In this document: positions 1-8,339 of the stretch, one piece after another | Layout: every line of letters begins with the position of its first letter | How positions within the stretch are numbered: position 1 is the stretch's first letter | Assembly (NCBI GenBank): GCA_963753345.1 | Contig: CAVWBU010000003.1 | Location: 1-16,725, forward strand | Direction of reading: 5' to 3' | Length of the DNA: 16,725 nucleotides | DNA from: an uncultured Fibrobacterota bacterium | GTDB lineage: Bacteria; Fibrobacterota; Chitinivibrionia; Chitinivibrionales; FEN-1185 | The notes under the pieces: model-generated | What the model was told of the DNA's origin: nothing | The model's database searches: none | The model's input: the letters and a program-made list of their open reading frames with translations, nothing else | Program-made: the position numbers and the translations under genes

Positions 1-106
1 GCGGTTCGAGCGTCCGAGAATGCCACGACCCGCGCCGTATATACTATTTTTGCAGTCGGCCGTCCGCATCTCACCCGTATCGGTCCAAAGGGAACCCGGC
101 ATCATC

Positions 107-1921
107 ATGGTCCTTCCTTCGTTTGAAGAATACCTCGGCCTGCTTCCGGCAGACCTGATATTCGAAAAGTTTCTCACCCGCGCCGACCGCAATCGGAAAA
201 TCCTTTCATCATCGCTCATTCACGATGCGGCGCGCGGGTTTACGGCCGACCAGTCGCTTCGTGCGGCATTCGGGAAGCTGTCTCCTGGCGCGCGCCTCAT
301 GTGCGCGGCAATTTATCTTGCGGGCGAAAGGGGCGTGCCAGCACCAGGGCTGCGGGGATTTGCGGATGAGCTCCTGTCGTCCTTCCTCGTGTTCGCTGAA
401 AAAGACGGGACGGTATCCCCGTCGTACCGCTATGTCGGATTTCCCGAGCTCGAGCCGAAGCTCGCGGCGCTTGCCGCGGAGACGCTTGCCGGAGCCGCCG
501 CGGTTGCCACGCCGCTGGCCTGCCGGGCGCCGCTGCCGTGGTACTGTCTCACCGACGTCGTGATGTGCGTTGCCCTTGCGCTGCTCGGAAAGCTCCAAAG
601 GACGAAAAAAGGAGAGCTTTCCAAGACTGCAGGAACCTGCCTGCGCACCTTTCTCCACGCGTCCCACGATCTTCCGGCCGACGAAGACTGGCCCGCAGAG
701 CCGCGCGCGGCCTGCATTTCGCTGCTGCTTTCGTATGCAACGGAACGCGGGTTGCTTGCGGAATCCGAGGAATCATACACGGCCCCACACCGCGCGGTTG
801 CCGAATGGCTCGCGCGTCCCCTTGAAGCCCGGCATGCCGATTTCTGCGAGTTCGCGTTTGACAACGGCCTTCTCTGGAGTCGGCCGGTGATGGACGGGAT
901 GTTCGACCGCGCCGCTGGTCGCGCGCTTTCCACGGCGGGGTTCCCGCCCGCGGCGAAAAAGGAGGCGGGGACGTGCGCGGCCGTGCTGTGGTACTGCGGG
1001 TATCTTGACGCATGCAAAAAATCCGGGAGCATAACGTTCACGTCGGCGCCGAAGCGCGACCTTGCGTCTCTTGTAAAGGAGCTTCCGGAGAACCGCGTGA
1101 CCCTGCTGCCGGATTTCTCCGCGGTCCTGTCGCAGGAAATCCTGCCCGAGGAACTCTACTGGTTCACGCGGGTGGGAGAAATTTCGTCGTTCGACAGGGT
1201 TTACAAAGGCACCATACGGCGCGACATCATCAACAATTCCCTCAGCGACGGCGTCGACGGCAAGGGCCTTGCGGACCGGCTCGCCGCGTGGAAAGCCCCG
1301 CGCAACGTGGTCGAGACCGCACGGGAGTGGATCCGTGAGTTCTCCCGGTTGCACGTCACCTCGCACGCCTGCGTGGTTTCGTTCGACGTGAAGGCATCCC
1401 GGCAGATACTGTCGTACGAACCGCTCAAAAAACTGGTGACACCGGCCCGTCCGGACAGCATTTTCTCAATACGGCACGGAAGCGAGGCCGAAGTGCGGAG
1501 GATCCTTTCGGGGATGGGATTCGACCCGCGCGAACCCGGCGAGACCGCGGCCGAAGTCCGGGACGCGCCGCCGGAACTGTTCCCCGAAGAGCCGCGGCGC
1601 GTGGTGCCGGTCGTAGCGTTTGAACCAGATGTCGTAGGAACGCCCGCACGTCCGGTGCGGACGGGAAAGTACGGGGAGCGGCTCAAGGAACTTGACATAA
1701 ACGACATGCTTCACGTGTTGGACTACGCGGTCCTCATGGGACAGAATGCCACCATCGAGTATCTGGGCAGCCCTCGCGTGAGGACCGGAACCTACCAGGT
1801 GCGGCCGGTTGCGGTGCACAAGGCGCAGGAGCCGCTGCTTGAGGCCGAGACCGGGCCGAAAAAGGCGCGGAAGACATTCCTCGTCAGGAAGATCGCGAAA
1901 ATCGGAGTGGGGGCGCCATGA
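107..1921 (+). CDS. XPB/Ssl2 helicase-associated (Helicase_C_3-like) domain protein with probable C-terminal WYL-like domain
   Basis: Long ORF (track 20..1921). ATG at 107 is preceded by AAAGGGA (87-93) and is the more plausible start. The segment 'VTLLPDFSAVL...ELYWFTRVGEISSFDRVYKGTIRRDIINNSLSDGVDG..LADRL...APRNVVETAREW' fits the Helicase_C_3 pattern. The C-terminal 'LDYAVLMGQNATIEY...VRPVAV...KTFLVRKIAKI' resembles a WYL fold. No helicase ATPase motifs. Stop overlaps the dnaE start (ATGA). Confidence 0.7.
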   Translation: MVLPSFEEYLGLLPADLIFEKFLTRADRNRKILSSSLIHDAARGFTADQSLRAAFGKLSPGARLMCAAIYLAGERGVPAPGLRGFADELLSSFLVFAEKDGTVSPSYRYVGFPELEPKLAALAAETLAGAAAVATPLACRAPLPWYCLTDVVMCVALALLGKLQRTKKGELSKTAGTCLRTFLHASHDLPADEDWPAEPRAACISLLLSYATERGLLAESEESYTAPHRAVAEWLARPLEARHADFCEFAFDNGLLWSRPVMDGMFDRAAGRALSTAGFPPAAKKEAGTCAAVLWYCGYLDACKKSGSITFTSAPKRDLASLVKELPENRVTLLPDFSAVLSQEILPEELYWFTRVGEISSFDRVYKGTIRRDIINNSLSDGVDGKGLADRLAAWKAPRNVVETAREWIREFSRLHVTSHACVVSFDVKASRQILSYEPLKKLVTPARPDSIFSIRHGSEAEVRRILSGMGFDPREPGETAAEVRDAPPELFPEEPRRVVPVVAFEPDVVGTPARPVRTGKYGERLKELDINDMLHVLDYAVLMGQNATIEYLGSPRVRTGTYQVRPVAVHKAQEPLLEAETGPKKARKTFLVRKIAKIGVGAP

Positions 1922-4900
1922 GCAAACGAAGCAATTTCGTCCACCTGCACAATCACACCGAATACAGCTTTCTCGACGGCGCGATAAGGATCAAGAACCT
2001 CGTGGCAAAGGCGAAGGAGTTCGGCATGCCGGCGCTCGCCATCACCGACCACGGCGGCCTGTTCGGCGCGGTCGAGTTCTTCAACGCCTGCCTTGCCGAA
2101 GGCATCAAGCCGATCATCGGCTTCGAGGCGTATGTTGCGCCGCAGTCGCGGCTTGACAAGGCCAAGACCGGCGAGGAAAACTACCACCACCTCATCCTTC
2201 TCGCGCGCAACAACGAGGGCTACAAAAACCTCATGCAGCTCTCGAGCATCGGCTACCTAGAAGGGTTCTATTATAAGCCCCGCATCGACATGGAAGTGCT
2301 GAGGAAGTATTCGGCCGGGCTCATCGCCACAAGCGCCTGCGTGGCGGGCGCCATCCCGCGCGCGCTGCTCGCGGGCGATGTGAAGAAGGCGCAGGCCCTT
2401 ACCGAGGAGTACATTGACATTTTCGGAAAAGAGAACTTCTACTTCGAGCTGCAGAACCACGGCATCGACAGGGAGATCGTGGCGTTCGACGAGATCATCA
2501 AGCTCGGCAGGCGCATGAACGTCCCGTTCATCGTGGCCAACGACGCGCACTATCTTAACAGAGAAGACGCCGACTCCCACGAAGTCCTGCTGTGCATCCA
2601 GACCCAGACCACCATGGACGACCCGGGCAGGTTCCGCTTCGGTTCCGACCAGGTCTATTTCAAGTCGCCCGCGGAAATGGCCGCGCTCTTCCCGGACATT
2701 CCCGAGGCGCTTGCCAACACCATCGCCATTGCCGAGCGCTGCAGCGTGGACCTCAAGGTGCCCGCGCAGCTGCCCAAGACCTCAGTTCCTTCCGGCTTTG
2801 CAAACGAGGCGGAATACCTGACGCACCTTGCGCGCTCCGGGCTCAAGGAGAAGTACCCGCACGTCACGCAGGGCATCGAGGACCGGCTCGGCTTCGAGCT
2901 CGGCGTCATCTGCAAAATGGGCTTCGAGGGGTATTTCCTTATTGTCTACGATTTCGTCCACGCCGCCCGGGAACGCGGCATCATGACCGGCTGCCGCGGG
3001 TCGGCCGCCGGGAAGCCTTGTCGCGTACGCCATCGGCATCACCGACGTCGATCCGATCAAGTTCGACCTGCTGTTCGAGCGGTTCCTCAACCCGGAGCGC
3101 ATCGACATGCCCGACGCCGACATAGACTTTGCCGACCGCGACCGGCACACGATCATCGAATACGTGATTGACAAATACGGGCGCGATTCGGTGAGCCAGA
3201 TCATCAACTTCGGCCGCATGAAGGGTAAGATGGTGGTGCGCGACGTGGCGCGCGTCATGGGGATCTCGGTCGCCGAGGCCGGGAAACTTGCGGGCATGGT
3301 CGATAAGGACCTTTCCACGTCGCTGTCGAACAACGGCGAGCTTGCGGCCGCCGTGAGGACCAACCCGAAATACGCAGACCTTTTCCGCCACGCGCGCGCG
3401 CTCGAAGGGCTCACGCGCCAGGCGGGCATGCACGCCGCCGGCGTGATCATCGCGCCCGGGCCGGTGGTCAACTGGGCGCCGCTGTTCAAACAGCCCGACA
3501 CCGGCGTGGTCATGACGCAGTTCGACATGAATGACGTGAAGGAGGTCGGGCTCATCAAGATGGACTTCCTCGGCCTCATCACCCTCACCATCCTCCAGGA
3601 CACGCTCAAGCTTATCAAGGACAACGGCGGGCCTGCGATCGACCTGTGGAAGCTGCCCGACCGCGATCCCGAAACCATGGCCCTGCTTGGCAGAGGGGAA
3701 ACCGTGGGCGTGTTCCAGTTCGAATCGCAGGGCATGCAGGACAACCTGAGGAAGCTCAAGCCGGACGGTATGGACGACCTCATCGCCATGAATGCGCTTT
3801 ACCGCCCCGGCCCCATGGAAGAGATCCCGGTCTACATCCATCGCAAGCACGGCAGGGAAAAGGTCGAGTACAAACACCCGCTCATCGAGGAGATCCTCAG
3901 GATCACCTACGGCGTGATCGTGTACCAGGAGCAGGTGATGCGCATCGCGCAGGAAATGGGCGGCTTCACCCTGGGCCAGGCCGACATCCTCAGGAAGGCG
4001 ATGAGCAAGAAGGACGTTGACAAGATGGAGGCCATGCGCAAGAAGTTCATGGAGGGCGCGGCGAAGAAAAAGGTAAGCGGGAAGGCGGCGGAGGAGATTT
4101 TCGACCGCATGGCAAAGTTCGCCGAATACGCCTTCAACAAGGCGCATGCCACGGTCTACGCGCACGTGGCGTACCAGTGCGCGTACCTCAAGGCGCATTA
4201 TCCGCTTGAGTTCCTCACCGCGAACCTGTCAAGCCTGCTTGAGGACCAGGACGAGGTGCTCACCATAAAGAACGAGGCCGAGCGGATGGGCGTGCGCATC
4301 CTGCCGCCCGATATAAACGCCAGCGACTTCGCCTGCTCCATGGACCAGGGAAGGATACGGCTCGGTCTCGGCACCATCAAGAACGTGGGCAAGGCCGCCG
4401 TCTCTATCCTCGACGCGCGGAAGAAAAAGGGAAGATTCTCCAGCCTCTTCGAGCTGTGCTCCTCGGTCGATTTGCATCTTGTCAATAAGAAATGCCTCGA
4501 ATCGCTGGTGTATGCAGGCGCGCTCGACTGCCTCAAGGGCACGCGCGCCCAGCTGTTCGCGAGCATCGACGCGGCCATCGACTACGGCGGCTCGTTCCAG
4601 AAGGACCGGGCGACCGGCCAGACGAGCCTCTTTGACACGGGCGACTCGTCTGGGCGCAAGGCGCGCAGAGCGCGCCCCCGGAACCGCCCCTTGCCGGGGT
4701 GGAGCCGTGGCCCTACAACGAGCTGTTGGCAAAGGAGAAAGAGGTGCTCAATTTCTACGTGAGCGGGCACCCGCTGGAGCGGTTCCAGGACGAGATCCGC
4801 GGGTTCGCCGACATTTCCCTCAAGCTGGAATCGCTTGAGAAGGCAAGGGAGGGGCAGAACCTCACCGTGGGCGGCATCGTGACGTCGGTAAAGTCGCATG

Positions 4901-5367
4901 TCCAGCGCGACGGCAGGCTCATGGCGTTTCTCGAAATCGAGGACTTCGACGGCTCCATGGAACTGCTCGCGTTCGGCGACGCGTTTGAGAAGTTCAAGCA
5001 CCTGCTGGCGCTTGACGCCATGATACTCGTGCGCGGCCAGGTGTCGGTGCGGGAAGGCGACAAGAAGCCGAAGCTCAAGGTTGACAACGTGATCGCGCTT
5101 TCGGAAACGCGCGGGAAGCTCGCGCGGAGCGTGCACGTGCGGCTCAAGACCCAGGGGCTCGAGGAAACGTTTGTAAAGGGCCTGTACGACGAATGCGCCG
5201 GAACGCCGGGCGAGTGCAGTCTTGTGCTCCATCTCCTGACTGAGGAGGAGAACGAGTACCGCGTCAAGGCGAGGAACGTGACGCTCAGCGCGGCAAAGGA
5301 AACCATAGAGTCGCTCAGGAAACGCGTCGGAAAGGAAAACGTGTGGATCAGCAAGGCCGCGGCATGA
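1918..5367 (+). CDS. dnaE: DNA polymerase III subunit alpha, interrupted in this sequence by two compensating frameshifts (~3010-3014 and between 4636-4698)
   Basis: PHP motifs HLHNHTEYSFLDG, AITDHG, NDAHY. RGSAAG/SLVAY is split across frames. Also FERFLNPER, PDADIDF, KMDFLG, GVFQFES, YAFNKAH, clamp motif QTSLF and a C-terminal OB fold. Three ORF pieces (1918..3171, 3107..4762, 4699..5367) join to 3450 nt, about 1149 aa. Confidence 0.96.
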
Positions 5368-6122
5368 ACGGCATGGTAACCGCACTTCACACGGCGGCAA
5401 TCTGCGTGTGGGCGGCGGCGGCGTCCGTGGCGTACGGCACGGTCGCGCTGTGCGCGGCGCCCTTCAGCAACAGATTCGCGCGTTTTATCGCCCATTTGTG
5501 GTGCGTCCATTTGACGTCGCTGAGCGGCATCCGGGTGAAGATAACGGGCGGGGAGAAACTTGACAGAAAAGAGCGATACGTTTTTGTCGCGAACCACCAG
5601 AGCTATTTCGACATTCCGGTGCTGTACACGGGCCTTCCGTTTGCCCTGAGCTTTATTGCTAAAAAGGAATTGTTTTTCATCCCGTTTTTCGGATGGGGCA
5701 TTGCGGCCATCGGTCATATCTGGATCGACCGCGACAACGCGCGCGCCGCGCGGAGTTCCATCACGCGCGCCATTGCCATGCTCAAACGCAAAAACATTTC
5801 GCTGATGCTGTTTCCCGAGGGAACGCGCAGCGTTTCGGGCGAGGTGGGGGAGTTCAAGCGCGGGAGCTTCGCGCTCGCGCTCGAGGCCGGCGTGGCCGTG
5901 GTCCCCCTTACCATCTGCGGCACGCGCGACATCCTTCCGAAGCACAGCGGCCTGCTGAGGCCCGGCACGGCGACCATCGTGATCGGCGATCCGATCCCGC
6001 CGTCCGAAATCGCATCGCTTGACAAAGCGAAGTTGTCGGAAATAATGAGGGAGAGGATATTGCGGGGGATGGAAAAGAGTGAAAGTGAAAACGTGGTTGC
6101 TGATGATCCGCAACAGCATTAG
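5364..6122 (+). CDS. plsC: 1-acyl-sn-glycerol-3-phosphate acyltransferase (PlsC/LPLAT family)
   Basis: NHQSYFD (HX4D), FIAKKEL, IDR and FPEGTRS motifs, with a hydrophobic N-terminus. ATG at 5364 overlaps the dnaE stop (ATGA). Confidence 0.92.
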   Translation: MNGMVTALHTAAICVWAAAASVAYGTVALCAAPFSNRFARFIAHLWCVHLTSLSGIRVKITGGEKLDRKERYVFVANHQSYFDIPVLYTGLPFALSFIAKKELFFIPFFGWGIAAIGHIWIDRDNARAARSSITRAIAMLKRKNISLMLFPEGTRSVSGEVGEFKRGSFALALEAGVAVVPLTICGTRDILPKHSGLLRPGTATIVIGDPIPPSEIASLDKAKLSEIMRERILRGMEKSESENVVADDPQQH

Positions 6123-6172
6123 GAATATTCGATCTACACAGATTGAAACCTCCATCTTCTAGAGAAATTATG

Positions 6173-6483
6173 GCGGGGTTGCGCCCCCGCACCACGCCCT
6201 ACTTTGTTGTCACTTGCGTTCCCCAGGGCAAGGTAATTGGTGCTCCGCACCAGATAGTATGTCTCCTGCCCTGTCTGCAGCGAAGAAAAGTAGGCAAAAG
6301 ACGCCGCCCCGCAGCGTCGCCTGATCCCTCGGCCGTCGGGCCGCTCGTGAACTCGCCCGGCAATAAGCATGCGGCAGGAACTTTGAGCCGGTATATTTGA
6401 TCGCAGTTGTTAATACCAGACCTGCCGGGCTCGAACAGCACGAGCGGCCAATTCCTCCTGCCTCGGGGTCGGCGCTGAGGGGG
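6173..6483 (+). ncRNA. Multi-stem structured intergenic element (candidate ncRNA or non-autonomous palindromic repeat)
   Basis: Nested complementary arms: 6173-78/6185-90, 6198-6205/6287-94, 6224-30/6267-73, 6238-43/6247-52, 6312-18/6471-77, 6323-28/6465-70, 6339-49/6439-49 (11 bp perfect), 6355-62/6423-30. G-T wobbles favour folding of the + strand. Confidence 0.6.
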
Positions 6484-6589
6484 TTGAAAAGAGTAAAGCA
6501 CCCGTGTTTAGTGCACAATGATTCATCAAAAGAAGTTGAAAAACTCAATCTGAAGACTTACTAGAAATTACTATACTATGGAGCACCCG

Positions 6590-6952
6590 ATGCCCTCTGA
6601 ACTCGACATCCTCATTGAAGAATCCCTCCGCCTCCGTCAGGAAGTTCAGCGCATGCAGGAACAGTACGACACAAAGCGCGGCCGCATCCTCGAACTCATG
6701 ACCGCGGACAACCGGCGGGAGTACCGGCACCCATTGTGCAAAGTATTCCGCACCGAGGCGGTGATCCTGGAAAGCGTGTCAAAGGAATTGTTTGTCAAGG
6801 CGCTTCAGGAGGTGGATATTCCGAGGGAGAAGAAGGTGTTTATATGGAATAAATCAATAAAAGAAATTAAAAGGCCGGAGATGGTGATTTTGAGGACGGT
6901 AGGGGGAAAGGCGAGGAAGGAAGAGGAGGGGACTGTGACCGATGGGGATTGA
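6590..6952 (+). CDS. Hypothetical protein with N-terminal coiled coil
   Basis: ORF 6578..6952. GGAG at 6580-83 suits the ATG at 6590. Heptad-like segment 'LDILIEESLRLRQEVQRMQEQYDTKRGRILELM'. No family recognised. Confidence 0.65.
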   Translation: MPSELDILIEESLRLRQEVQRMQEQYDTKRGRILELMTADNRREYRHPLCKVFRTEAVILESVSKELFVKALQEVDIPREKKVFIWNKSIKEIKRPEMVILRTVGGKARKEEEGTVTDGD

Positions 6953-7010
6953 ATTCTATTTGGTTTGGTGCAGAATGGTTTGTGAATGGTTTTGCGGTGG
7001 GTTATGATGA

Positions 7011-7103
7011 GAACAACGTTCCGCGCAACCGGGTGCTATGCCTGCTATTAATATTCTTGCTACCCTTGCCAAACGGGCATGGCAGCCCTTGCGCTGTTGT
7101 GCC
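7011..7103 (-). mobile_element. Integron attC-like recombination site
   Basis: Lies 10 nt after the cyclase stop. Minus strand reads GCACAAC-AGCGCAAGGGCTGCCATGCCCG...CAGGCATAGCACCCGGTTGCGC-GGAAC-GTTGTTC. Arms pair as ACAAC/GTTGT, GCGCAA/TTGCGC, GGG/CCC and TGCTATGCCTG/CGGGCATGGCA, with an extrahelical G at 7085 and G-T wobbles on the + (bottom) strand. Confidence 0.7.
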
Positions 7104-7112
7104 CAGTTTCCG

Positions 7113-7937
7113 CTATTCTATAAACTTTCCCTCTTTTCGGGCTGCGCTTTTATAGTCGTTATATTCTGATTCTACTACCAGCACATCTTCATGACTACAA
7201 CCTTTCAAGGATACCGCTGTAACTTTTCTAAGCCCGTTTTTCCTAATATCTTCAGGTGAAATAGAAATGCGATCAGACGCAATGAACCCAATTCCGTTAT
7301 TGTTATCTTCTCTCTTACAATAGCCTTGAAGGCGGGCGGCCAAGTTCACATCATATCCAACGTACTCGAGATACTCTTTTGCTGATGCTGTATTGTCTGG
7401 GTTATTCCAATAAGCAAGCTTAGTCAGCGTACCCGCGGATAAGCCGAAACGAATGTTTGCGGGTAGAGCTTTGAATACGTCAAAAGGCAATTGAGTCTTC
7501 TCCAACCACTTGTCCATGATTTTTGAGAAATTAATTCTCAGTCCCAGTAGGCGTTCGATCAAAACTGTCGAGCGGCTGGTGGGGGTCTCCCACACATAAA
7601 GGGCGCCATCTCCTTGAAACTTGAAATGATTTGGTTCTGCAAATCCGTGATACCTGTTGCCATTCTGGTCAGAGTCAATCTGCCAAGACTTCTTTTCGCT
7701 ATTTGTCAGCCAATAGGGATCCCAATCTTTGACATCACCCCCATGAAAACATATGTTAAGAGCAGCAAATATGTGATTTAGGTAAGAATCCAATTGAGCC
7801 TTTAGCGCAGCTGGTTCTAATTTTGTCTTAGCCGCAAGCATGAATTTAGAATAATCTTCAAGATCAAAGAAAAGGACAAGGGAATGGACGGAACTGGTTT
7901 CATGGAATTTGATGCGCTTGAAGAGCTCGGTATGCAT
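7113..7937 (-). CDS. Stand-alone class III nucleotidyl (adenylate/guanylate-type) cyclase domain protein
   Basis: Metal-binding Asp motifs LFFDLEDYS and KFQGDG, IRFGLSAG, and the catalytic VGYDVNLAARLQ (Asn/Arg). GGAG RBS upstream. AT-rich coding sequence. Confidence 0.82.
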   Translation of the reverse strand: MHTELFKRIKFHETSSVHSLVLFFDLEDYSKFMLAAKTKLEPAALKAQLDSYLNHIFAALNICFHGGDVKDWDPYWLTNSEKKSWQIDSDQNGNRYHGFAEPNHFKFQGDGALYVWETPTSRSTVLIERLLGLRINFSKIMDKWLEKTQLPFDVFKALPANIRFGLSAGTLTKLAYWNNPDNTASAKEYLEYVGYDVNLAARLQGYCKREDNNNGIGFIASDRISISPEDIRKNGLRKVTAVSLKGCSHEDVLVVESEYNDYKSAARKEGKFIE

Positions 7938-8170
7938 TGTTTTCTATCTCCGCTGACAAATGTCGTTTTTCTGTTTTACACGCTGCATCGAAAACAGGAT
8001 TCCCTCGGGCGCAATGTTGCATAACTACAGGTACTTCGATAGCATCATAAATCCCATTTCCGCATGCATGACACTACCTCCCTGCGACATACCTGCCGTT
8101 TTTACCCATTTTCCGCAGTCCGCCATCATCCACTGTGCCGCAGTCAGCGAAGAAGCCTCTTGTCACAAAA

Positions 8171-8212
8171 TCAATTCCCGCCCTTTACCACCGCAATAAA
8201 AATCTCAACCCT
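8171..8212 (-). repeat. Imperfect direct-repeat copy of the flavodoxin gene 3' end (9888..9929)
   Basis: 37/42 identical by manual alignment. Encodes RVEIFIAVVKGGN* versus RFEIFVALVKGGN*. Confidence 0.85.
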
Positions 8213-8339
8213 TCTTCTATTTGTCACCCCGCATTTTCTTCACCCTCTCCTCAATTTTCCCCATCATCTGCGCTGCATTATCCCTGGAATAGAAAAAGAA
8301 ATTGCGAACAACCGCAGATTTCTCCCTCAATCGCGCCCC

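Noticed and set aside
1918-5367. Split or intein-containing DnaE
   Set aside because: No intein motifs (no C/S start block, no HN-C end) and no extra length; the pieces join by single-base indels.
209-6155. Many long antisense or alternate-frame ORFs over the first operon (for example 2981..4198 -, 4755..6155 -)
   Set aside because: Shadow ORFs expected from high-GC codon bias opposite well-supported genes; no motifs.
6134-6548. Short ORFs across the structured intergenic element
   Set aside because: No RBS or protein-like composition; better explained as non-coding structure.
6961-6995. GAATGGTTT short tandem duplication
   Set aside because: Only two or three degenerate units in low-complexity sequence; no spacers, not CRISPR.
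8053-8145. Short repeats CCCATTT(T)CCGCA and CCGCAGTC
   Set aside because: Two copies each with irregular spacing; not distinguishable from chance or local duplication.
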